From Takakia lepidozioides (taxonomy: Eukaryota; Plantae; Bryophyta), in the NCBI GenBank assembly GCA_030704615.1, contig CM060732.1:39246001-39310000 (forward strand): a stretch of 64,000 bases of DNA, given 5' to 3'. Of the stretch, positions 13,349-24,182 are shown one piece after another. Numbering within the stretch: the first letter of the stretch is position 1; each line of letters begins with the position of its first letter. The notes beneath the pieces are model-generated. The model did not search any database and was not told the origin of the DNA. It worked only from the letters and a program-made list of their open reading frames with translations. A program made the position numbers and the translations under genes.

Positions 13349-14779
13349 TGTATGGGAAAACTTGCAAATGAACCCAACCCCTAACGTTTATCCAGCATGG
13401 ATTTCTAGTCACATGGAAGAATGACATGACAATGAATCATAAGTTATGTGGTCAGAGCAATTTGTAGATGCCATTCATCCCAAATAACACACCAGAAGGC
13501 CAACCAGATTAAGGTTTCGTTGACGACAAATCTGGCACATTCAGGGAAAATTTAAAAAATAAAATAAAATAATATATATATATTCTTGGAAAACTTGCAA
13601 ATGAACCCAACCCCTGCTTTGCAAGCAAAAGACGTGGCATTTACCCAGCATGGATTTCTGGTCACATGGAAGAAGGACATGACAATGAATCATAAGTTAT
13701 ATTATCCGAGCAATTTGTCACCCCAAATAGCACACCAAAAGACCAGCCAGATTAAGGTGTCGACACCTTGCACATTCGGGGAAAAATATAATAATAATAA
13801 TAACATATATATATTGGGGGGAAAACTTGCAAATGAACCCAACCCTTGCTTTGCAAGCAAAAGACCTAGCATTTACCAGCATGGATTTCTGGTCACATGG
13901 AAGAATGGCATGACAACGAATTATAAGTTATGTGGTCCGAGCAATTTGTAGATGCCATTCACCCTAAATAACATACCAGAAGACTAGCCAGATTAAGGTA
14001 GATTAAGGTTCGTTGACGACACCTTAATCTGGCACATTCGGGAAAAAAATAAAAAAATAAAAATAAAATAAAAATGAAAAACAATGAACCTAACTCCTGC
14101 TTTGCAAGTAAAAGACCTGGCGTTTACTGAGTGTAGTGCTCCTTTGAAATGGTGGAAATAGCACGAATCTGTATTTCCATATTTGGGGTATTTAGCACGT
14201 CTCCCCTGTTGGGCATTGTTGGGTCTCAGATTTGAATGTGAGAGGGTTTTTAGCATTGTAGGTGTTATTACAAATTTGTGACGTTGCAAGTTAGGTGTTC
14301 AGAACCTTGATATGATTGTGAGCATTGTCAAGAATTGGCCGAATGATGCTTGTGTTGGTTGCATGAGCTCTTCCATGAACGAGTTTTTGAACAGTGAGGA
14401 AGTCATCTTAGATGACAATGAGGAGTTGATTGCAGATGCCGAGTTGTTTGAGATAGAATGATTTCTTTGTGTACTCTACACTACTCTACACACATTGATT
14501 TATACTCACTTACATTGTATTATATTTATTTCATAAATTTGTTTATGAGTGTTGTGTTGTTTCTTTTCAACATGGTCAAAATATTTGATATATATATATA
14601 TATAAATTCAAAAACTAGAGAACCGGAAACTGGAACCGGTGGATCCTTCCCAAAAAATACCCGGAACCGGAACCGCTTCATAAAAAAGAACCGGATCTGG
14701 AACCGGAACCGCCTCTTTAAATCTACCAAGGAACCGGAACCGGCGGTTCCTTCAATATGGCAAGAACCGCACAACACTG
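11344..14779 (+). mobile_element. Defective hAT transposon 3 with transposase remnants
   Basis: TIRs CAATGTTGTGCGG / CCGCACAACACTG, GAACCG subterminal arrays and TSD GTATAAAC. BED-finger-like SWAFY..CIFC..KHVNQKH at ~11950-12455; hAT dimerization remnant PLKWWK*HESVFPYL...ECERVFS...KNWP at ~14138-14456. Confidence 0.85.
12459..14127. mobile_element. Truncated LTR-like insertion (TGTGAGCAG end) with ~240-bp tandem units and palindromes
   Basis: Interrupts the hAT ORF. Its first ~290 bp align by eye with 42402-42700. About 5 units begin GGAAAACTTGCAAATGAACCC and are separated by GCCAGATTAAGG..CCTTAATCTGGC palindromes. Confidence 0.6.
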
Positions 14780-16699
14780 GTATAAACGCATTACACAACA
14801 ATCTTAAAATCCCTATCCCACTCCTCAAATGCTTAAAAGCCAACCACCTCACTATGCTTCGTTCCCTCACTCTCATCATCATCCATAAGCGACAACTCGA
14901 GTCCAACCCCTCTGCGAACCAACTAAACCCTAGGCACCGCTACCCTATTTACTACCTCCCCCTGGTTACCTGGTGTCTCTTGGACACCTTTTTTTCTTTA
15001 TAGGGCCCATCCCCGAAAGGGGGCAGTAGCCGTAAGGCAAAGTGACTCTTAGTCACGCCGGCTTTGGCCGGAGTCTTCTCTCTCTCCACCGTGCCTCAAA
15101 ACATGTAATTCCTATGATCACGGTTTAAAATATACAACCCCCATGACCGTGGGTTATGGGTTATGCTCACCTGAGGTGCTCACGCTGGGCTCACAAGATA
15201 CCAACCCCCCTTATATTGGCTCTTATATAGCCAAAGCCGGCATAGATGAGAGCCACTTCGGCCTTTCTAGGGTGGGCCCTATACTGGCTCTTTTATAGTT
15301 ACCCCCACATGGGCCCATGTTTCTCTCTTAGAGAAGGGTTGTTCCCAAGGCCCACCCAACATGAAAAACCTGAAAATCTGGATACCGAGGCATCTTCCGT
15401 GCTCTAGATCTGTACCTTTCAAAGGCGGGAGGTACTGCGGTCTGTGAAGCTTACTCTAAAAAGTGCAACCAAAGCACAAAACTCCATAGCATTCACCATG
15501 CCTTCATAGTCTTCCCAACGGAATGCCCACACCAAGCTAATGCTAAAGATAAATATCTGTGTACTGATGGTCTTTCAGACAGATTTTCAGGTTCTTCATG
15601 TTTCAGTGTTATGGGTTTCGCACTAAGCATTCAGGGAAGGTCTCAGAAGCGGATGTGAAGTGGGGGGAGTGCCTTTGTGCGGCTAAATTGCTCCCAGTAT
15701 GGTATACATATCGACCACCCTAGGGTTGCTGCATGTAAGAGAGTTTGAAAGCTCTTCATAACTGGGAGATGCTTCGCAAAGGGTTTGCGTCATTTTTATG
15801 GCTGCGGTGGCATCACGCAACATTGATGCCACGGGACACGGCACCGCACCGACTGCATCACTTGCCAACCAGGAACAGTCTGCCGTTGTACGGTGGATGT
15901 ACTTGATCGCCCCAATTGAGGCAAGAGATTAGGGACTTGGAAGTTGCAGCGCAATACGTGATAGGATCACTTCCATCTTGGACTAGCAAGCTGACACGCT
16001 CTATGAAAACTGGATTTGATGTTTACTAGGGGGGCCCATATTGACGTCACGGTCTTCATGTATATCGGTACATCTGACTGCTTACATTGGAATTTTTCTT
16101 TCAGTCTTCTCTCCATGAGATCAATGGTTGGTGAAACTCTGCTTTAGATTGTTGGAATGTTCTTGATTGACTCATGAAATACACTTGTTGAATTCGCTGC
16201 CCACTCTATCTATTGCTTCAAGTTGTGTCGCCTAAAAAGCTTGCAAGAGTTGGGTGGTTTAATAAAGCTACAGTACAGTTTGCAACGAGAATTACAATTC
16301 TGTGAACGGAAAAGTGGCCAGAAACAGATAGAAAGGTATGTGTCAGGAAACCGAGACGGGAACCTTACAGGACTGACCTGAGAATCCCTTCAGTCTCCTC
16401 GATGCAAAGGAAGAATATGACCTTAAAAAGAAGAATGATATTAGGTCAAGCAAGAGCCCGATCGATAGGACATTGAAAACAGAAGTGAGTAGTTCATTTC
16501 CTTGGGTTTCAGAGCTGCGTAACTACATGCTTGCTCCAGTGCGCATGATACCACCCGGAAATTCTCAAAACGGTCTGCTGGGTAGGTAGCCATGCAGGCC
16601 CCCTCGTGGGCCTTTGTGTATGGACCTTTGTGTATGGATTCATTCTTCACATATTGACCAAGATTGTGTAATGAAGGACTCCTTAAAATCTAAAGGAGA

Positions 16700-17620
16700 G
16701 TCATGAATCACCTGCAATCTAAGACGACGCTCTGCGCAACTGTGCACACTAGCCACATTCAACTTTGGGTCAGCTGCTCAACAAAGCATCTACTAACCAA
16801 GGATTCTTTCTTAACCAAATAGGTCATATCCCTCATCCTTGAAGAGCTGAAACTCCATGATCCAGGACAATCGCCAAGCCTCGAAAGACTATCACAGCAT
16901 ATCCGCAGAACACCACACTCAGCATAGAACTCTGATTTTAAACAACATCCTCCAGTGCAGGACTTGAAATTCGAAGACAGACTAGCACTGTGAAAGCCTA
17001 AAAGGTGATTGCATGTTCTGGGCGAGCTCCTGTTTCTGCTCGGCATACAATTGACCTAGTGGCATCGCACGAGAAAATCTCACGGATTCTTCAGATGTAA
17101 GCACCATAACAATTATAAAAGATAGTTTTACCGCCAGAGTTGATCCAGACATTGATCTTCTGAAAACTCTCATTGCATTCTCTTCAAGATGAGATGCTTA
17201 ACAGCATATAACTTGTGCACCCTCTCTGTTACTATGACCACGAGTGAATGACATGTTGCAATAGAAGCAATGACAAACACCTGCTTCGGAGCCACAACTT
17301 CCTTTGAGACTCCCCGAAATGCCACTTCGTCTGCTCCGGTACAATCTCTCCTCTCAACACCAACCTTTGCTGCATCAAAAAGATTGAAGTTTTCCATCAT
17401 AAAGGCATGATCTGCTTAACTCTAAAACTTCAAATCTTGAGACAGAAGTGCCCTAGAGCAAAATATCTAGGACCAAGCAAATGGCACTAACCCCTGAACA
17501 AAGCTAGCAGAAGTTTCCCCTTCAACATCCAATCGCTCTCTTTGTAGGAGCCTGTTCAAGTTCAGTGGCATACCTGCAGTAGAGGGCCAGCCGGAAGATA
17601 CTGATGACCGATATTCTGAT
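16700..17620 (-). pseudogene. Degenerate leucine-rich-repeat (NLR-like) remnant
   Basis: Fragments such as IATCHSLVVIVTERVHKLYAVKHLIL and VLRICCDSLSRLGDCPGS resemble LRR units. Multiple stops and frameshifts. Confidence 0.3.
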
Positions 17621-18052
17621 CCAGGCAGATTGGTAGCTCTGCCATAAATGCTGGTGGTAGGCAGAGAGCATGCAGGAGCCCAGCAACAATTTATGATCCT
17701 AAGCTGGCATTCAGAGTGTCACCACACCTTTGAAGGAGATTGATCAGTACTGACATATCAATTCTATCTCAGCCAAAATTTCTAAGAGAACTGTGTGGTC
17801 CCATCAAAGGAAGCATGTACCATCTCCAACCTCTCTTATCCCCAATCAGATTTGCACGATTCCTCAATGGTACAGAACACCTAGGCCCACTGCAAATGTC
17901 TTCTGATCCTAAAGCTTCCTGGAAAGGGGCCTTTCCAGAAATCATATTAGAGAGAAACTGTCACAGGTACTTTGGATTTGTAAGAAGAATGATCATCCAC
18001 TGGAGAATGGTCTTCAATGCTTGAAAACTGCCCCTGCTCTTTGAGTGGTTGC

Positions 18053-19246
18053 CTACAACTTCTCCTCCATAGGAAAATTAGGCAACATGCCCATAAACCT
18101 TTCTTTGAGAGACAGTATAACAGATTTCAGAAGTGTGGCGTCATCCTTGAGAAACTTGTCGAACACCTTTTGACAGTAGCGCTGCCTGGCTTCCACCTCC
18201 TCAACCGGCAGAGAGCGTAGAGTGTGCAGGATTCGGTGAACCTGATCGGTGGGAAACTGCAGTAGGCAGCGCTGCCAGTGGATGAGGGTGTTGAAAGGCT
18301 TCACGTAGTTATCCGCTATGAGAACAGGTATAGCACCCGCACTGAGAACCTCGAGTAGGCGATAGGAGGCCGGGGAGCGTCCTGCAGGAGCAAACCCAAA
18401 AGTGGAGTTGAGAAGGTCAACAAAATCGTAGTTTTCATAGATCGCCTGATCTTTCTCGCAGCCTACTCCCCGCCATGGCTGCCATCTCAGAAGCTTGTCG
18501 TTCGTCTCGTGTTGGCATGTGGTTGCCACAATAACATCCTCTCCGTTGTGCATCTGAATGAAGGCACTACTGCTTCGGAACTCTCCTTCACGAGATAAGT
18601 AACGCGTGCCCTTGAAAGTTGCGAAGTACTTTCTCTCAAATGGCTTTAGGCTGCGAAGTTGAGGGAACAAATGCTTCTGGAGGCGGGGCAAGGGAATGGC
18701 AATGTCAAACCCAGGGCGGTAAGTTGTCTCATGAAGCTCAGTGCTTAGAATGGATGCCATTCCAATGGATCCGGGTGGCGGATTATTATCAGCCCACCTA
18801 TCTGCAAAGGTGACGAAGACGTGATTGATCCCCTCATTCCAGTAAGGAAGAGTACGTGGATGCCGCCTGCCCCAGAAAGCATGCTCGGAAACAACTGAGT
18901 TAGAAAACACGAAGAACAGGCAAGCTTTCTCAGGGTCGGTGGTGTGCCAGGGAGAGGAAGCCAGAGCTTCAAAGTAGGTTGAATGCGATTGGGGATCATG
19001 GGCATTGTAAGTGTATACCAACATCTCTTGGGCATTGTCACAACGGGTGAAGTTGAAGCAAGCGTCCATCGAGCACAAAGGGAAAGTGGCCGGATAGTGC
19101 CACATCTTGTTGGCATGCCAAGGAGTTGTGGGCTGAAAGATGTCCTTCAGCACAACCCATGTTAGCAGAACTGTACTGATTACCACAATAAGTCGTAGCA
19201 TTCCGGGCCGTCGCTCAGCCATGGGACTTGTGGCCGTGCCCAGCAT
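18053..19246 (-). CDS. Exostosin/GT47 glycosyltransferase, EXT1-like, intronless type II membrane protein
   Basis: Open ~397-aa ORF from the ATG at 19246 with an N-terminal TM helix (LIVVISTVLLTWVVL). Motifs: CSMDACFNFTRC, TDPEKACLF, LPYWNEGINH, YRPGFDIAIP, RKYFATFKGTRY, HNGEDVIVATTC, YRLLEVLSAGAIPV. Confidence 0.9.
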   Translation of the reverse strand: MLGTATSPMAERRPGMLRLIVVISTVLLTWVVLKDIFQPTTPWHANKMWHYPATFPLCSMDACFNFTRCDNAQEMLVYTYNAHDPQSHSTYFEALASSPWHTTDPEKACLFFVFSNSVVSEHAFWGRRHPRTLPYWNEGINHVFVTFADRWADNNPPPGSIGMASILSTELHETTYRPGFDIAIPLPRLQKHLFPQLRSLKPFERKYFATFKGTRYLSREGEFRSSSAFIQMHNGEDVIVATTCQHETNDKLLRWQPWRGVGCEKDQAIYENYDFVDLLNSTFGFAPAGRSPASYRLLEVLSAGAIPVLIADNYVKPFNTLIHWQRCLLQFPTDQVHRILHTLRSLPVEEVEARQRYCQKVFDKFLKDDATLLKSVILSLKERFMGMLPNFPMEEKL

Positions 19247-20784
19247 TTTAACGGCTATAAAACGAGACCTGTAACACAAAACTCTTTGTGCACTCAGCTG
19301 AGAGTTCTACTCACAATCTTCGTGACTCTTATGGAACCGATAGAAGAACGCTAGTTCTGTGCAACCTACGCACACCAAGGGAAAAGCCTCAGTGTGCTAG
19401 AAGGTGTGTGAAAGCAGGAAAGACGAGACCTGATCGAAGAGAGAGCAGTACACAGCTAAGGGAGAGATTAGGCAGCAGACAGCTCCTAGAGACCTCTGTT
19501 CCTCTGCTCTTACAGATCCCGCCCACTAGTACCTCGAGACCCACATCCGAAAGTGCAAATCTATGCAAGACCACCTGCCAACCTGCATTGTTTATTACCT
19601 GCATCACTCTCAATCAGCAACGCGGAGACAGCCTCGCGTCTGATCAACGCAGGAGCTGGGTCTCTTGATCTACCCCCTCTCCACTTCGGATACTAATAAC
19701 CGAAGAGCACGCGGCAAATCACGCGTTTCACTCGAAGACAATCCGTTACCACCTCCACCACCTCCTCCTCCAATGTCCTCACCGGCTGAAGCCCATTAGA
19801 TCGGAGTCAACAGTAGCACATATACGAGCACAGTGACATATCCAACAGCCCAAGCTCCTAAAGTTGGAGATGACTGCGTCAGGTCTCCACACGTACAAAC
19901 TAGAGGAGCCTGCACAGCAGTTTCCACATGGAGGCTCTCAGTCTGCAAGCGCCTCAAGACTCTGAGTCTGGGGGATGTGGCAGCCAGCTACCCCCTCCTC
20001 CGGGCCCCTTCTCCCTCAAATACTTGCTGCTCCCTGCGACATGCAGCGGTGCAAGGTGGACCCTCACTGATCCAAACTGCTTTTGGAATGTTGTCTCTTC
20101 ATATCCTTCTTTTTTTTTGCTTTTGTTCTTTAAGCCAATTATGTAAAAAGACATAGAAAAATGAAAAATAAAAGAACAAACAGACTAGAAATGGTGAAAA
20201 GTAACAAGTAATACCTCGGTTACGAAGCAGTGGCTTCCTTTATCAGCCTCTATGGCACTCTACCTACTGAGGTTATTTTTTCCTCAATTGTTCTGCTGGG
20301 ACAGCTTGTCCCCCTCCTTTTTATAGAATTTCAAGGGTGTCCACTCCCTTTTCTTAAAAAAGAAGAAAAAGAAAAAATCCCAAGGGTTTTTCATTGTCAC
20401 AGGGCACCAACAGACGTGGACGTTGCAGGCTAGAGGTCCATGTCACCAAGCGGCAATGAAGTGGCTACCACACTATAGCATAAGCCCAGCGGCCAGAAAC
20501 TTGGTAAGGGAGACCATCACACTACGGGGTGGAAGAGGACAGCTTCGCGATGGCGGGAGAATCGCATCGGGGCAAAGTGTTTTCCTAAAATTGTGGATTT
20601 CCAGGGAACACTGCCTGAAAATCCGTATTTCACAGTACTGTGACATGTAGGCGCCAGGTCGGAGCCTCTCAGCCTCAGCCCGCAGCAGCCGCTAGTGTGG
20701 TAGGCATAGTGACACACTGCCGTCCCTTAAACCAATAGGAGGGCCCGAAATTGAGTGCTGTTGGCCCTCTTGCCGCTAGTGTGG

Positions 20785-20900
20785 TACGGCCCTCAGTTGG
20801 ATAGTGTATACTGAGTGCCACCCAGATGATTCTGGGGTCAAATCCTGCTACCTAGGTAAGTGTGTGTTCAAATCTTCTCCCCCTTCCTGGGGTGGTGTCC
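20785..20900 (+). mobile_element. Possible degenerate tRNA-derived SINE head
   Basis: A-box-like CTCAGTTGG, TGCCAC anticodon-like loop and B-box-like GGTCAAATCC. Confidence 0.3.
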
Positions 20901-22194
20901 GATGCTTTGCACTCAGTGCCCTTATAAGGTAAGGCAAGATTACTTTGTAAGAGGTGCCTTATTATGGTCTTGTATGTTGAAGCATTTACATTTCTTGAAT
21001 GCGATTCTACTGTGAGATATTGAGACGTGGAAGGGAAATCAGGCAGCTTTAGCCGAGGTGAAATCAAATCTTCTCCATGATAATTGTATATGACGTTGAG
21101 GTGAAGTTTACCTGGAATTCTGTTGCCATAGTTGCCACAAAGCCAAAAACTGTCAACTTTTCAACAGTGTAGCGTGTGAACTCTGTTCTGTGCTAGTTCC
21201 TTCACATAGATGCCATCTAGAGCCAGTGAAATGTACTCTGGACCTGCTGTTCCCTATTTTCATTTCCAGTAGTTCTGCAGGTCAGTTATTTGTTGGCCTT
21301 TCAACCAGTTCTTTTGCAGAAACCATGAGGAGCATGCAATTTGCAAACCTGGATGTGCATATGCTGCAAACAGTTACCACCCTCTTTCAGTTTGCGAGTC
21401 AATGCTAAGTAGTTGTGACTTACCTATTTGCACCGCTTCGTACCAAGTACTATATCAACAATTTTATATACAAGTCTGTGGAGGCCAAATTGTTTGTGGA
21501 CACATCAATGTTTATGATAGAAGTGTGCCCTATGAATGACCTCTCTCTCGTCTTCTAATTTCTGAGCTTGCTAAGCTTTCATGCAGGTGCTGCGTTTCAA
21601 AGGTTTCTAACCCAGGTCATAGGGAATGACCTAAGCCGATGGGAGGAGTACTGCCAGTCTGCTTCAACATTCCCAATGGCCTTGACGTGCTGCCAAAAAT
21701 GGTGGATTTCTAATCACACCTACGAGATGTTTTTAGAAATCACTTTGCTGCACAAGATTGTTTATTCTTATCCAGTTCAAAGTTTAGAGCGTAGCTCTAT
21801 GAAGTACTTGGCTACTTGGCATAGCTATGTTGTACCCATTGTCTAATCAAGAAGGGAAAGGAGAAACTCTGACAGGAAAATGCAGGTGTATGCTATTGTA
21901 GTGAGACTTGAAAAGGTTATGCATCTTTACTGATATTTCATGTGTGTAGTATGAAGCAAGCCAGACAGTGTTTGTAGTTGAGGAGGAGAAGCTGGATGCT
22001 GAGTTGGCTGCTCTTCGCGCACGGAATGCTACTGTGAGTCTGCAGTCGTTTTACGAGGAAGTCTAGACCATATAACATAAACAATTTTTGTGATGGAAAG
22101 CTATAGGTGTTTGGATCGATGATGCTGAGGATAGGATTGAAGGACTTGATTCATGTACATCATCAAGAAACAAATCTCAGCATTATGGAAGTGA

Positions 22195-23010
22195 CAGAGG
22201 GTTGATAGGCCCTTGAGATCATCCTGAAGGTCCTCGCCCATGTCACAGACTGGAAACAAGTTCAGGGAAGTTTGATGGCTAACTTCATTTTCATCGGACA
22301 GTCTTTGAAAGAATGTACCCATAAGACATTGTTTGCCGTAGCCTTGTGGTCATTGACCCCGCGCCCATTTTGAGCGGAACATAAAGGGACAGAAACTACC
22401 TTCGTCAGGGGCTGACGCCGGTAGTATGACTTACCTTGGAATAGACAGTTGATCCGAGATTTCCAGGTATCCTCCAGAAATCCCTTCACACAAGCATCAA
22501 TCTGCTGTGTGTGATTTGCACAAGAGCTAGAGCCCAAAATGGCCTGGACTTTTGGCTCAGCCTCAAGATTTTCAAAGTTGGTAAACAGAGGTACAGCACA
22601 ATTCCCTTGATGGAATTGAAGAGGGGGTCTCTTTATGAGAGTACCCAGGACAGTGAATCAGGAAATGGATATTGTCTTCAGGTTGCCCACACAACGGGCA
22701 TTTACAATCCCCCTTTCCTTTCTGCGTCAGTTTGCTGTTCAAAGGTAGACTACCCGCCCTGAGTTTGAATTTCAGTCTAGTGCCGAGAGTGGGTAAACCC
22801 TTGAGGTCATCCATGATGGCCTCACCCATGTCACAGACTCGAAACAGGTTCAGGAAAGTTTTCTGCCTAACTTCATTTTCATCAGACAATTTTCCTGGCG
22901 ACAGACATGGCTTTGGAAACTTCAGCTTCTAAGTCAAATTTATCCAGCAGTCATGGCTTCTCGATTAAGATTCAGATCCTTGAAAATCTCTTCTACCCTC
23001 TTCCGCCAGA
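22195..23010 (-). mobile_element. Two 5'-truncated fragments of the RTEX-like LINE family
   Basis: 22311-23010 matches the 3' end of the 51337-55480 element ([30 protein letters not shown]). 22195-22302 is a second internal fragment. Confidence 0.85.
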
Positions 23011-23587
23011 CTATAGACACCTGGTACAGTTATGCATCCCTTAGTCTCCCCTGTGCTTCATGCGTTTCCAACACGTTCTTCAGATGGGCATCTGTACAGT
23101 TCCAACAACTGTGCTTTGAATGAATTGCAAGTACCTACCTATCCATGGGAGCTTCAAACCACACACTCTTCTGAGGCAGGCTTCCCTGTCCATTGAATAA
23201 GGATGTTATAGTAGCAGGGCCACAAAATGCATTGTCAGCACGAGTCTAGTCTCAGTTTAGACACTCGTTAAATCTCAACAGGCCCAGTATAGCCCAAGCC
23301 CTACATGTACAGCTCAAGGCAAGGCAGGATCGCGAATGGCCAGTCGCCCTACAGACTAATGTTGGCCTCCTTCTGCTACGTTAGCTCGGTTTTAAACACA
23401 AGCAATATTGTAGGGTTTGAAGTTTGAACGTTCAAACCACTAATCCAACTACTGAAATACAAGTAGTCTAACAGTAGCTAGTAAAACCCAGTAGGCCAAA
23501 TGAAAATCAAGACCCATTGTGAGTCCCACCATTTCCCAAAGTTCTCGTAGGCACTTACATAAGTGATTTACTCGCACTATATGGATG

Positions 23588-23830
23588 TAGGTCCCACTCC
23601 TGAAAGGGGGAAGTTGCCGTAAGGTGAAAGGTGAAGTGGCTCTTAGCTCTCTCTCTCTCTCTCTCTAGGCTGTCTTATGAGTACATTCTCTCTCTAGGGT
23701 CTTACTACCAATGTCAGCCCATGACAGAGGTAGGTTCTGTCCCTTTGGTTTCCGCTCAAACTGGGCGCGGGGTCAATGGCCACAAGGCTATGGCAAACAA
23801 CGTCTTATGTACATTCTCTCTCTCTCTGTC
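23588..23830 (+). mobile_element. Composite of the structured Dualen-like 3' end, (TC)n and two RTEX-like 3' tails
   Basis: Three-way-junction repeat at 23588-23648, then a TC run, then GTCTTATGAGTACATTC and another TC run. About 115 bp of LINE 3' end follow, ending GTCTTATGTACATTC and a final TC run. Confidence 0.75.
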
Positions 23831-24182
23831 TCGATGTAGGTCATCCAGACAAAGATACTTTGGATGCAACATGTATATCAGAGGGGTAATTATTTGAACA
23901 CCCTTAACCACTTTTGGGTCAGCAGGGTAGGACGTATCCACAAGAATATATTGTACCCCCTTCACATGTTATCTCTTCATTGCAGTCTGTTGGGAACTCT
24001 CTGCACTGCTGGTGTTGGATAATACTTGAATTGTGGTCCCCCCGCCATGCACACCTGGCAGAAAGTGGGCACAGACTGCCGAAATCAATGGCAATTTGTT
24101 TCTTTCAACTTTACTTCTTGCTCACAAAAAGTACGGCAATTATGTTTTTGAGGCAACAGAGTTCCGCATGACATGCTTTGTT

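Larger units (their letters stand above)
9870..15086 (+). mobile_element. 3' remnant of an RLE-type (Dualen/RandI-like) non-LTR retrotransposon, interrupted by three hAT elements
   Basis: It reads ...LELTIRFVEFTYSHDRY...LEKRQKYAPLILAIR*RGW...ITTGTRGGIHTASIN. After removing 10141-14787 this continues ALHNNLKIPIPLLKCLKANHLTMLRSLTLIIIHKRQLES, then a structured 3' UTR and a (TC)n tail. There is a ~34-bp tandem duplication at 9970-10037. Confidence 0.6.

Noticed and set aside
14999-15086. Hammerhead ribozyme
   Set aside because: It has GCC-GYAA-GGY-GAA but no CUGANGA core or NUH cleavage triplet in the required positions.
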